40,000 nt of DNA from Thiohalorhabdus methylotrophus (lineage in GTDB: Bacteria > Pseudomonadota > Gammaproteobacteria > Thiohalorhabdales > Thiohalorhabdaceae), in NCBI RefSeq assembly GCF_041821045.1, contig NZ_JBGUAW010000006.1:173821-213820 (forward strand). The letters run 5' to 3'. A program made the position numbers and the translations under genes. The notes under the pieces are model-generated. The model worked only from the letters and a program-made list of their open reading frames with translations. It did no database searches and was not told where the DNA came from. This document shows, in pieces, positions 8,826-17,377 of the stretch (the first letter of the stretch is position 1; each line of letters begins with the position of its first letter).

Positions 8826-9795
8826 TGGCCGCCCTTTGCCGCGTGGCGTGACCGCCGCCCGGAACCAGGCCGGCGGTCCGCAGGATTTCCCGGGCCGGAT
8901 TGCCGACCACCTGCCGGTCCAGACCCGCGTAGGCCGTAGTCAACCGCGGATTGATCTCGAGCACAACGGGCCCCTCCGGGGTTTCCACGAAGTCCATGCC
9001 CACGTACCCCCATAAGCCCGGGAACCCCCGGGCCATGGCGGATATCAGCTCCGACCAGGGCGCCGCCCCTTCCGGGGGCGGCCCGGGAAGCACCGCATCC
9101 AGGCAGGCATCCCCCGGACGGAAGGATACGTGCTGATGGTTCTTGCTGATCATGCGGCCCCGCACGCCATCCATCAGCAGCGACAGGCTGCATGCCCTGC
9201 CGGGAATGAATGGCTGGACCACCCAGTTTTCCGGATCGGCGAGACGGGCCCGGGCCCCCTCGATCCCCGCCCGGGAGGGGAAGCGCTGGACGTCCAGTCC
9301 GCCCTCGCCTTGATCGGGCTTGAGCACCCAGCCATGCTCCGACTCCGGTAGAGGCTCGTCCGCGGCCCGGGTGGTCGCCACGGGGATCCCCGCTTCCTCC
9401 AGGATCCGGGCGGTGTCCCGTTTGCTGGCGGCCAGTCGCACCGCCTCCGGCCGGCAGCCGAGCAGCACCCGGTCTTCCTCGAGCACCATGCGGGAGACCC
9501 GTTCCAGCTCTCCACCGCTTTCCGGTGCAATTGGCCACACGGCCCCGCATCCGTTCATCGCCCGGTCCCAGAAATGATCGCGGCGCTCTCCGGGTACGGT
9601 GCGCAGCACCTCCGCGGGCAGGTCGGGCATGGCGAGGCGGAAGTCCCAGGCTACCTGGGGCTCCACCTCCGGAATCGCCGCCAAGTCCGCCACCAGGGCG
9701 GCGACCATGGCCCGGCCCTCCTCGATCAGCTCCGGGGTAGGCATTTCGCCCCGACAGCCCCCTCCCGTAAAATGCTCGTAAACGAACACCCGCAT
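8815..9795 (-). CDS. ATP-grasp ligase (MfnD-like, tyramine-glutamate-ligase-type candidate)
   Basis: MRVFVYEHFTGGG start, WVLKPDQGEGG, and the ATP-grasp C-terminal motif LEINPR. One of three ATP-grasp genes in the array. Confidence 0.65.
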   Translation of the reverse strand: MRVFVYEHFTGGGCRGEMPTPELIEEGRAMVAALVADLAAIPEVEPQVAWDFRLAMPDLPAEVLRTVPGERRDHFWDRAMNGCGAVWPIAPESGGELERVSRMVLEEDRVLLGCRPEAVRLAASKRDTARILEEAGIPVATTRAADEPLPESEHGWVLKPDQGEGGLDVQRFPSRAGIEGARARLADPENWVVQPFIPGRACSLSLLMDGVRGRMISKNHQHVSFRPGDACLDAVLPGPPPEGAAPWSELISAMARGFPGLWGYVGMDFVETPEGPVVLEINPRLTTAYAGLDRQVVGNPAREILRTAGLVPGGGHATRQRAANDP

Positions 9796-10507
9796 GTGGA
9801 TTCCCTTGGACCTGATACCCGTTCTCGATCTGCTGGGAGGCCATGTGGTCCGCGGCGAAGGCGGCCACCGGGCTTCCTACGCGCCCTGGATCAGCCCCCT
9901 GGCCGGAAGCAGCGACCCGTCGGCGGTGGCCGACGCCCTGCTGGACCTGCATCCGTTCCGGGCCGTCTATCTGGCCGACCTGGATGCCATTATGGGCCGG
10001 GGGGATAATCTTGGGCCAATTTCCGAGCTCATCGCCCGTCACCCCCGGGTCACCTTCTGGCTGGACCAGGGCCTGCGCGATGCCCGCTCAGTGCACGAAT
10101 TCCCCTTCCAGGGGCAGTGCCGCCCGATACTGGGTTCGGAGAGCCTCGCCGACCTGACCCCCCTGGAGGCCGCCTCCCCTCTGGATCCCGGCCCCATTCT
10201 CTCCCTGGATTTCGGCCCCGAAGGCTTCCGCGGACCGCAGGACATCTTCCGGGCCACTCAGCTTTGGCCCGATACTATCCTGCTCATGACGCTGGAGCGA
10301 GTCGGCTCGGATCGTGGACCCGATACGGAAGGTATCCGAGAGCTCCGCGGCCTGGCCCCAGATCGGCACTGGTATGCGGCGGGTGGCGTACGCGGGTCCG
10401 GGGACCTGGAGAGGCTGAGCGCGGCGGGAGCGCGGGGGGCGCTCGTGGCGTCCGCCCTCCACGATAACCGTCTGGACGCGGCAGACCTGGCTTCAATGGC
10501 CGGGTAG
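9794..10507 (+). CDS. HisA/HisF-family (beta/alpha)8-barrel protein of the C1 cofactor cluster
   Basis: LIPVLDLLGGHVVRG at the N-terminus and YAAGGVRGSGDLERL near the C-terminus are HisA/HisF phosphate-binding motifs. The ATG at 9794-9796 overlaps the start codon of the divergent gene. Confidence 0.7.
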   Translation: MWIPLDLIPVLDLLGGHVVRGEGGHRASYAPWISPLAGSSDPSAVADALLDLHPFRAVYLADLDAIMGRGDNLGPISELIARHPRVTFWLDQGLRDARSVHEFPFQGQCRPILGSESLADLTPLEAASPLDPGPILSLDFGPEGFRGPQDIFRATQLWPDTILLMTLERVGSDRGPDTEGIRELRGLAPDRHWYAAGGVRGSGDLERLSAAGARGALVASALHDNRLDAADLASMAG

Positions 10508-10524
10508 GGCGCGGCGCCCTACCC
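10502..10524. terminator. GC-rich perfect palindrome between the convergent hisA/F-like and fae genes (hairpin without a clear U-tract)
   Basis: GGGTAGGGCGC-g-GCGCCCTACCC overlaps the TAG of the plus-strand gene and lies 18 nt past the fae stop. Confidence 0.4.
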
Positions 10525-10541
10525 GGCCCGCGCCGGGGATT

Positions 10542-11054
10542 CTACTCGTGTGCGGCGAAGGGGTGGCCCATTTCACCCCGTTTGGACAGCACGTCCTGGA
10601 CCTTGGGCTCGCCGGCCATCGCGCTCTTGATGGACTGCTTGGTGGCCTCGTAGTTCCAGTCCTGGATCTTGTTGTCGTCCTCGGCCTCCCAGTGGATGAA
10701 CACACCCACGCTCAGGAACAGGTCGTCGGCCTGGTCCTTGGGGATGGTGCCGTCTTCCACGCAATCCGCCACGGCCATGGCGACGCCGCGCTGGGCGGGG
10801 CCGAACATCTGGGCCGCCTGCTTCTCGCCCTTGATGGTCACCTTGTTGAACATGGCGGTGGCCGGCTTGACCATCAGGTTCGGGGCCACGATGGCCAGCA
10901 GGCCGTTGTGCCCTTCCTTCTGGTTGGTCAGGGTCTGGCAGAACATGGTCTCGGCGGCGGTGCCGGCCGGGCCCATGATCAGGTCGATGTGCGCCACCTC
11001 GTTGGTGTCGCCTACCAGGGCCTCTCCGACCATCGTCTTGGCTACTTGCGCCAT
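10542..11054 (-). CDS. fae: Formaldehyde-activating enzyme (5,6,7,8-tetrahydromethanopterin hydro-lyase)
   Basis: 170 aa. [21 protein letters not shown]...MFNKVTI...[13 protein letters not shown]...GVFIHWEA...HPFAA is near-colinear with Fae as I remember it. GAGGAG RBS upstream. Confidence 0.95.
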   Translation of the reverse strand: MAQVAKTMVGEALVGDTNEVAHIDLIMGPAGTAAETMFCQTLTNQKEGHNGLLAIVAPNLMVKPATAMFNKVTIKGEKQAAQMFGPAQRGVAMAVADCVEDGTIPKDQADDLFLSVGVFIHWEAEDDNKIQDWNYEATKQSIKSAMAGEPKVQDVLSKRGEMGHPFAAHE

Positions 11055-11108
11055 TGCACTACTCCTCGATATCCGTTTGCAGAAACCGGCCGGAGGGCTC
11101 GACCGCCG

Positions 11109-11999
11109 CTAGGGGGTCGTCGAGCCCCCCGTGCTGCCGGCGCGCTCCGCGATACGCGCCAAGCGGAACGCGATCAGTGTGGCAACCGTGAGATCCGCGC
11201 TCGTTCCTGGATTGATTCCCTCCTCCTTCAGCGCTTGGTCAAGCTCCGCGAGAACCCGCTCCCGGGCGCGGGAATCGTGGGCGGACCGCACCGACCGCAG
11301 TACGTGCCCTGCCCGCTCCTGCAGGTTCTCTGCGGCTAGCGTTCCATGTTTACGCCGCACGTGGGAATCCGGGAATCGGCTTACATAGGCGAGCTGCAGC
11401 TCCGCCACCGCAGGTCCCCGGCGGCCGTAGCGACGCAGGCCTTCCCCAAGCGTATCCAGCCCGATGTCCAGCAGGCCGGAGAAGCCGGTGGTGTACTGAC
11501 GGGCGATCACGTCCCGATCGTCGGCCTCCGCCATGGCTTCAAGAAGGGTGCAGTCGGGCGCGTCGGCCACATCGTGCCGGGCACTCGACCCCAGCCCGCC
11601 GGGAGAGGCCATCCGGATGGCGGCAAACGCCTCGGTCGCGTCCTCCCGGGTAAGGCCGCCCAGAACCCCCTCCAGACGCGCCCGGAGGTCCCCGGAAGCC
11701 GCGGGGGCCAGCGCCGCCTCCACGAGGGGCGCGGTCAGCAGCAGAATGCCCAGGTTGGTGTTGCAGTCCACCACCTGCCAGGTGGCCTCCACCCCGGCCC
11801 GGACCCGCGCTCCAACTCCGGCGGAGCCGGCGACAACCGCTTCGGCGGCGGGGCCGGCGCTGCGCTCGAAATCTACGGCGGTCATGCCGTGTCCCGGCGA
11901 GGAACGACTCACATTGCCCGGCTTCAGCCAGCGCACATCCGCCAGGAAGGCCCCCCGCACCAGCGGCAACAGGCGCCGGGCGCTCACCAGCTGGGTCAC
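11109..11999 (-). CDS. CitG/MdcB-like triphosphoribosyl-dephospho-CoA synthase family protein
   Basis: CNTNLGILLL and INPGTSADLTVA motifs. The 564-aa ORF 11109..12803 is trimmed to the GTG at 11999, which overlaps the mptN stop (GTGA). The upstream 268 codons are Arg/Gly/Pro junk lying out of frame over mptN. Confidence 0.7.
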   Translation of the reverse strand: MTQLVSARRLLPLVRGAFLADVRWLKPGNVSRSSPGHGMTAVDFERSAGPAAEAVVAGSAGVGARVRAGVEATWQVVDCNTNLGILLLTAPLVEAALAPAASGDLRARLEGVLGGLTREDATEAFAAIRMASPGGLGSSARHDVADAPDCTLLEAMAEADDRDVIARQYTTGFSGLLDIGLDTLGEGLRRYGRRGPAVAELQLAYVSRFPDSHVRRKHGTLAAENLQERAGHVLRSVRSAHDSRARERVLAELDQALKEEGINPGTSADLTVATLIAFRLARIAERAGSTGGSTTP

Positions 12000-12916
12000 T
12001 CCGCCACCTCCCGGGGGACCGCCGTCGTCCAGGTGGCCCGGCAACCGTCGGCCAGTCGCCCCGCCAGATCCTCCCGGAGGACCGATTGCAGTCCCCGCCA
12101 CGCGGGCACGCCGTTCACCTCCAGGACCTGGAAGCCGCCCGCCGGATCCTGGATCAGATCCACACCTGCGTAGTCGAGGCCCACCGTTTCGGCGGCGGCG
12201 ATGGCCATGCGCTCCGCCGCCTCGGGGGCCACCGCCGGACGACAGGAGCCGCCCCGGGCCCGATTGTTGATCCAGGAATCCCCGAAGCGCTGCATGGCTC
12301 CCACCGGCGAGCCGTTGATCACAAGAACCCGCCAGTCGCACCACCCCATCTCCGTGGCGGGCGGGATGAATCGCTGGAAATAGTAGACCCCGTCCAGCTC
12401 CTCGGGGGACGGCAGGGGCTCGCCGCGCTCCAGGAGCCGCACCCCCTTGCCCATGGAGCCGAACAGGGGCTTCAGGACCAGCTGGTGGCCTGCGGCCTCC
12501 TCCTGCTTGCGCACGGCCTCGGCACGATCCGCGTCGCGCAGCGCCCAGGAAGGGGGCGTGGGTATACCCGCCCGGGCCAGGAACCAGCTGGTCATGGCCT
12601 TGTCCACGCTCCGCTCGATGGCGCTCGGGTGGTTGTAGACGGGCACGCCCGCATGCACCAGGGCGTAGAGGATATCCAGGCAGAAAACGATCTCTTCCAG
12701 GGTTCCCGAGGGAATGCCGCGGACGAACGCGCCGTCCGGGAGCCCCCGCTCGAAGCCGGGGAGCCGGATGCCCAGGCTCCCCGCTTCCGTGGACAGCTGG
12801 CAATCCTGGATGGGCACCCAGGTCGCCCGCATGGCCCGCTCGGAGAAGGCGCGCTGCAGCGCTTCCCCGTGCCAGCCGAATTCATGGGTGAGGAGGGCTA
12901 CCTCCTCACCGTTCAT
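11996..12916 (-). CDS. mptN: RimK-type ATP-grasp alpha-L-glutamate ligase (tetrahydromethanopterin:glutamate ligase candidate)
   Basis: SIERSVDKAMT, LVLKPLFGSMGKGV and QVLEVNGVPAW are RimK-family motifs. The position between mch and the citG-like gene matches known clusters. ATGA overlap with the mch stop. Confidence 0.75.
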   Translation of the reverse strand: MNGEEVALLTHEFGWHGEALQRAFSERAMRATWVPIQDCQLSTEAGSLGIRLPGFERGLPDGAFVRGIPSGTLEEIVFCLDILYALVHAGVPVYNHPSAIERSVDKAMTSWFLARAGIPTPPSWALRDADRAEAVRKQEEAAGHQLVLKPLFGSMGKGVRLLERGEPLPSPEELDGVYYFQRFIPPATEMGWCDWRVLVINGSPVGAMQRFGDSWINNRARGGSCRPAVAPEAAERMAIAAAETVGLDYAGVDLIQDPAGGFQVLEVNGVPAWRGLQSVLREDLAGRLADGCRATWTTAVPREVAE

Positions 12917-13911
12917 GCACCTTCCCCGAAGGAGGCGTTAAGGGCGTTCCGGTTGCCCTCTCCGCCGCGGAAGGTCTGTCCGCTCTCCAGGTTGGTAATG
13001 GTTACCCGGGCGGGACTGAACAGCAGCGGATCGATCTTGGAGAAATCGCCGTTGTAGGCCTGGAAGACTTCCGCGAAGGGCCGGCCGTAGTCGCGCGAGG
13101 CCGAGCTGGGCAGCTCCTTGGCCAGCTGCCGCGCCTGATCGTCCGGACCGTTCACGAATAGGTGCACCTCGCCGTCGAAGAGAATGGCGTCGTTGGTGCG
13201 GCCCATCCCGGTGATGAAGTCGGGCGACGGCGGCGGCAGGGGCGCGCTTCCGGCGGCGTCCACCACCTGCCCCATGGGGAACTCCAGCGCATGCACCTTG
13301 TGCATGGCCACCTCCACCACGCGCCCAACGATCTGCACGGCGCCGGCCAGCGAGGAGGTGGGGGTAAGGATCAGGGTTAGGTTCCCGGGGGACACCCCGC
13401 AATCCTTGGCGATCTGCTCCACCAGGCCGTTGGGCGGCCGCTGGTCGGTCTCCAGGACGAGGCAGGTCTGGTCGGCGGAATCCGTCACGCCCAGCTCCTG
13501 GATGAGCTCCTCCTTGCCGGCGAGAACGCGGGCCGGGCCGGAGCCCAGCGCGAAAAAGCCGCCGTCGTCCTCGGAGGAGAGCATCCACCCGGCATACTGG
13601 CTGCCAAGGCAGACGAGGACGGGATCGCAGGTGGTTACCCCGATCCGCCACCGCCACTGGTCGCTGGGCTGGCTGGAGCTGATGGAGGCGCGGCCCAGAC
13701 CGGCCATGCAGATCTCGGCGATCCGCCGACCGGCTTCCAGGCCGCCGAGGGTATCGATGCCCGCATCCACCAGAGTCGCCCCGGATTCGGTGCGCTCCGT
13801 CTTGATCCGCAGCCAGTCGCGATTCCGCAGCAGGTCCTCCACCAGGGGCTGGACCTGGGCATTGAGACCACTTTGCGGCCAGTTGGCCGCTGTACCTTCA
13901 ACCGTTCCCAT
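12913..13911 (-). CDS. mch: Methenyltetrahydromethanopterin cyclohydrolase
   Basis: 332 aa. The segments GATLVDAGI...GGLEAG, LGSQYAGW and TPTSSLAGAVQIVGRVVE...HK match Mch as I remember it. AAGGAAG RBS. Confidence 0.9.
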   Translation of the reverse strand: MGTVEGTAANWPQSGLNAQVQPLVEDLLRNRDWLRIKTERTESGATLVDAGIDTLGGLEAGRRIAEICMAGLGRASISSSQPSDQWRWRIGVTTCDPVLVCLGSQYAGWMLSSEDDGGFFALGSGPARVLAGKEELIQELGVTDSADQTCLVLETDQRPPNGLVEQIAKDCGVSPGNLTLILTPTSSLAGAVQIVGRVVEVAMHKVHALEFPMGQVVDAAGSAPLPPPSPDFITGMGRTNDAILFDGEVHLFVNGPDDQARQLAKELPSSASRDYGRPFAEVFQAYNGDFSKIDPLLFSPARVTITNLESGQTFRGGEGNRNALNASFGEGA

Positions 13912-13928
13912 AAGCTGGCTTCCTTAAG

Positions 13929-15062
13929 TCAGGCCGAAAAGGCTGGTTCAGAAACAGGGGCCTGCCGCAATTGCTCGCGGATCCACCGATGCCTCCGCCA
14001 AAGCTGGCGCCGCGTCTGCTCGCGGTCGGCGTGACGGGCATGGACGGTGCAAACCGGGGCGCCTTCCGGAAAGAACGTGCCACCCGGGGCACGATCCCCG
14101 CACCAGGGGTGCTCCAGGAGCCCCTGGGGGATCCGGACGGACTCCTCGGCGTAAACCACGGCATGTCCCCTATACACCCCCGGGGGCTGCGCCTGGAAAT
14201 GCGGCAGGCTGCCCCGGGAGCCGCTGAGATGCAGTAGAAAGGGGCTCGGATTGAGCCCCTCCCGATACAGATCGAGGGTGGCCACCGGACGGGGATTGAC
14301 CTCCAGGAGCTGGAGCTCGCGACCGTCGGTCACGAAATCCAATCCGTTGAGTCCGCGCAGGCCGACGGCAGCGGTGATGGCCGACACCGCTTCCGTAAGG
14401 CCCCGGGCCACGTCGGCGGCAAGCGGGGCATGGCTCAGGGCGCCGCCGTAGCGGAAATCCCCGGCCGAACCGCTCTGCTCCCGGCCGGTCCACTGCTCCG
14501 TGATGCCCAGGATGCGGGCCCGTTCCCCGTCGGCCACGAACAGGACCGAATGGGGGGCGCCGGCGGCTTGCCGCTGGAAGTAGCGGTTCGCCCCGGCATC
14601 CTCCGCATCGGCCGGACGAATGTGCCAGCCGCCGCTGGCGCCGCGCATCTTGCTCAGCCACCCGGCCCCATCCGCCGGGGGCTCCCGGCGGGTCTCGGGG
14701 TACGGCAGATCCAGCCGACTCAGCAAGGCGGTCCACGAGCCGGGATCCTTCACCAGGCGCACCTGCTCGCCGGAGTTTCCGAGCACCTCGCGGCGCTCGG
14801 CGAGCTGCTCCAGCAGCTCCGCCTGGCCTTCCAGGCCACCGCCCCAGACCACCGACTCGCCCCGGGAAATGGGGGAAAACCGGTCGATGGCCTCCATGAG
14901 CGCGGGACCGGCGGTGCGGTCTCCCACCAAGGGCTCCACCTTGACCTCGCCGGCGGCGGCCCGGGTATCGAGATCCCCGTACCGGTCCATAACGCGGACC
15001 GGCTTGCCCGCCCGGTGGGCAGCCTGCGCCAGGATCCTTCCCGAAGCCGCGATCACCAGCAT
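13929..15062 (-). CDS. ATP-grasp domain protein of the H4MPT cluster (function unresolved)
   Basis: 377 aa. LQLLEVNPRP is an ATP-grasp C-terminal motif. The position between mtdB and mch is typical of methylotroph clusters. Confidence 0.65.
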   Translation of the reverse strand: MLVIAASGRILAQAAHRAGKPVRVMDRYGDLDTRAAAGEVKVEPLVGDRTAGPALMEAIDRFSPISRGESVVWGGGLEGQAELLEQLAERREVLGNSGEQVRLVKDPGSWTALLSRLDLPYPETRREPPADGAGWLSKMRGASGGWHIRPADAEDAGANRYFQRQAAGAPHSVLFVADGERARILGITEQWTGREQSGSAGDFRYGGALSHAPLAADVARGLTEAVSAITAAVGLRGLNGLDFVTDGRELQLLEVNPRPVATLDLYREGLNPSPFLLHLSGSRGSLPHFQAQPPGVYRGHAVVYAEESVRIPQGLLEHPWCGDRAPGGTFFPEGAPVCTVHARHADREQTRRQLWRRHRWIREQLRQAPVSEPAFSA

Positions 15063-15077
15063 GATCCGGACCCTCGA

Positions 15078-15983
15078 TCAGTCGACGTTGCGGCGAGCCT
15101 CTTCCAGGGCATGCTCGTAATGGAAGTATTCCGCCTTCTCGGAGAGGCGCATCCGCTCCAGCAGGGTCTGCTCCACCTGGGACTTCAGGGGACCCAGGGC
15201 CAGCGCGCCGATGCCGATGGCGCCGGAGCCGGAACCTTCGATGGGGGCGGCATCCGCCTGGACATCCACGCCTTCCAGGCCGAGCGGCGGCACGGCATTG
15301 GCGTCGGCGGCGACGAGCAGCTTGGGCGCGGCGGCGAGCTGGCTGTTGCTCAGGATCTGCACGCCGGCAGCGGCGCAGTTGAGCACGATCTCGGCATCGC
15401 TCATGAGGGCTTCCTTCGCCTCATCGCTGCTTCCGTCACCCGCTTCCACGGAAACGCCGTGGCGCTTGTTCAGCTCGTCGCAGACGCCCTGGGTCTTGGA
15501 GAGGCTGCTGTGCCCAGCGAGAACCACCTTGGCCCCGTCCTGGGCGGCGAGAATGCCGGCGGTGGTACCCACCGGGCCCGTTCCGCCCGTGATCACGATC
15601 TTCCGGCCCCCCAGGCCGCTGCCGCCGTGATGGCTTTTCAGGCGGGACTCCACCATGGCGAGCATGGCGGCGGCGGTGGTGAAGGCACCGCTCGGGTCCA
15701 CCATGATGGAAGCCTCGAACGGAGGCACCAGGGCGCCACGGGCCTTTTCGGCCATGTCCTTGGCCACGGTGGCGCTCCGACCGCCGATGAAGATGCCGGT
15801 CCGCGCGCCCAGCTTGGGGGGGCGGGAGAAGATGGCATCCTGCACCAGGTCGGTAATATCGCCCTCTTCCACCTCGGTATACGGGGTCACCGCATCCCAG
15901 CCGGCGTCGTAAGCCATGTTGATATCGAAGGGGCTCACGTTCTTCTCGGGATCGAACATGTGCAGCAGGTACGGTTGTTCCAT
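15078..15983 (-). CDS. mtdB: NAD(P)-dependent methylene-H4MPT dehydrogenase
   Basis: LLHMFDPEKNVSPFDINMAYDAG...IFSR...GIFIGG and the Rossmann motif ITGGTGPVG. The N-terminus looks more like MtdB than MtdA from memory. Confidence 0.85.
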   Translation of the reverse strand: MEQPYLLHMFDPEKNVSPFDINMAYDAGWDAVTPYTEVEEGDITDLVQDAIFSRPPKLGARTGIFIGGRSATVAKDMAEKARGALVPPFEASIMVDPSGAFTTAAAMLAMVESRLKSHHGGSGLGGRKIVITGGTGPVGTTAGILAAQDGAKVVLAGHSSLSKTQGVCDELNKRHGVSVEAGDGSSDEAKEALMSDAEIVLNCAAAGVQILSNSQLAAAPKLLVAADANAVPPLGLEGVDVQADAAPIEGSGSGAIGIGALALGPLKSQVEQTLLERMRLSEKAEYFHYEHALEEARRNVD

Positions 15984-16010
15984 GGTGTCCTATCGTCCTC
16001 TAATGCCTTG

Positions 16011-17045
16011 CTAGAAAGTAGCCGATTGCGGTTCGGGCGCATCGGCGCCGCTCCCCGGGTGCTCCTGAATCAGGGCACCCGAGCGGGCGCCGGCCAGCAC
16101 CTGCGTCTGCAGCCCTTCGACCCCCTTGAATCGCTCCTGGAGGGCCTGCTGATACCGCGTGGCCTGGCGGGCATCCCCGAATACCGCGAAGCCGGTGGGG
16201 CCCCAGGAGCTTTGCCCGACTCCCGCGACCCCTTGTTCCTGAAGCCAGCCCATGGCTTCCGCCACTTTCGGGCTGGTATAGCGACCTCCCTGGGCGGGCG
16301 CGAAATAGTCCCCGATAATGGCCTGGAGCTCGCCGACCCCCATACCGAAGGCATCCACGTCCTCGTCCTTGAGGGCGGGCAGGATCCGCATCAGGATCAG
16401 CCTGGCCAGATGCCCGGCATCCGCTTCCGGAAAGGCGAGGAGGGTCTCGAAGGCCTCCTTTTCCCCCTTGCCGTGCAGACCCTGCCCCGCCTCGTCGTAC
16501 ACCAGGAGGAGGCGCCAGGATTCCGGGAAGGGAGCCCGCGCCACGATCGGTGGCGGGGCATCCCCCGACCCCTTGCCGCCATCGACGAAGAACCCGGGCT
16601 CACAGAAGGCGCCGACCCCCATCCCCGACCGGGCACCCCGATCGGTAACGGAGGCGATCTCCTCGATTGTGAGTCCCCAGCCGAGTAGCCGGTTCAGGGC
16701 CATGCCCACCGCCAGGGCCATCTGCGTCCCCGACCCGAGGCCGATATGGGGCGGGATGGCCTTCGTAACCCGGATGTCGGCGGCGGGAGGGCTTCCCACG
16801 TACTCGCCGAGCGTCCTGGCCACCCGTTCCACACGCCGGGCTTCGGGCCCGTCGACGCTCAGCCCTCCGGAGGACCTGGCCGCCTTGACCTGGGTAGTGA
16901 TGCCATCCAAGCTCAGCCCGAGGCTCCCGAAACGACGCCCCAGGCTGCCGTTCAGGTCCACGAAGCCCATGTGCAGACGCGCAGGAGCCTCGACCGACAC
17001 GACCGCTCGCCCGCCGGACGCCTCCAGGGCCACTTCCGAATCCAT
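16011..17045 (-). CDS. mptG: Beta-ribofuranosylaminobenzene 5'-phosphate synthase (GHMP-kinase fold)
   Basis: The GHMP motif PPHIGLGSGTQMALA and the APARLHMGFVDL N-terminal region. The ATG at 17045 lies 5 nt after GGGAGG; the ORF-track start at 17051 is a GTG. Confidence 0.85.
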   Translation of the reverse strand: MDSEVALEASGGRAVVSVEAPARLHMGFVDLNGSLGRRFGSLGLSLDGITTQVKAARSSGGLSVDGPEARRVERVARTLGEYVGSPPAADIRVTKAIPPHIGLGSGTQMALAVGMALNRLLGWGLTIEEIASVTDRGARSGMGVGAFCEPGFFVDGGKGSGDAPPPIVARAPFPESWRLLLVYDEAGQGLHGKGEKEAFETLLAFPEADAGHLARLILMRILPALKDEDVDAFGMGVGELQAIIGDYFAPAQGGRYTSPKVAEAMGWLQEQGVAGVGQSSWGPTGFAVFGDARQATRYQQALQERFKGVEGLQTQVLAGARSGALIQEHPGSGADAPEPQSATF

Positions 17046-17207
17046 TACCACCTCCCAGTAGCGGGTCTATGGGAAATAGACGCCCCTTTCTTCCTCATGG
17101 GCATATAAACTCTGGGGCCTTCCGCACGACCCCGAAGTTCATCACCCGTGTATACCCATGATGGAATCGCCTGAGGGATGAACGAAAGGTCGCCCGCATC
17201 CTCTAAA

Positions 17208-17228
17208 GGCAAAGGGCATGCCATTGCA
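17208..17228. promoter_or_regulatory. Imperfect dyad GGCAAAGG-N5-CCATTGCA in the mptG/fhcB divergent intergenic region
   Basis: Same 8-N5-8 architecture as the perfect dyad at 22806-22826, and the same extended right arm CCATTGCATTA. The left arm matches 6 of 8. Confidence 0.4.
17209..17223 (-). promoter_or_regulatory. Sigma-54 -24/-12 core match TGGCAT-N5-TTGC facing mptG (overlaps the dyad; may be coincidental)
   Basis: The reverse complement of 17209-17223 reads TGGCATGCCCTTTGC, with correct GG-N10-GC spacing. The -12 element lies about 158 nt upstream of the mptG ATG. Confidence 0.3.
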
Positions 17229-17377
17229 TTAATTACGCCATGTGGGGGATCCCATAGTTACCCCCCTGGCTAACTGCCTCGGTTCCGTTTCAGAGTGTAA
17301 CCCTTGTATCTCAAATACGTGACGCCCGGCTTTCCTGGAAGCCCTGTCGGGTCTGGCCTCAATCAGGTTAGACGGCT

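Noticed and set aside
11109-12803. Reading the whole 564-aa ORF as one protein
   Set aside because: The N-terminal 268 codons lie out of frame over mptN and are Arg/Gly/Pro junk. The CitG-like homology begins right after the GTG at 11999, which overlaps the mptN stop in the GTGA pattern used elsewhere in this operon.
14430-16688. 752-aa plus-strand ORF across the ATP-grasp, mtdB and mptG genes
   Set aside because: Same reasoning as above. The composition is junk and it spans three well-supported minus-strand genes and their junctions.
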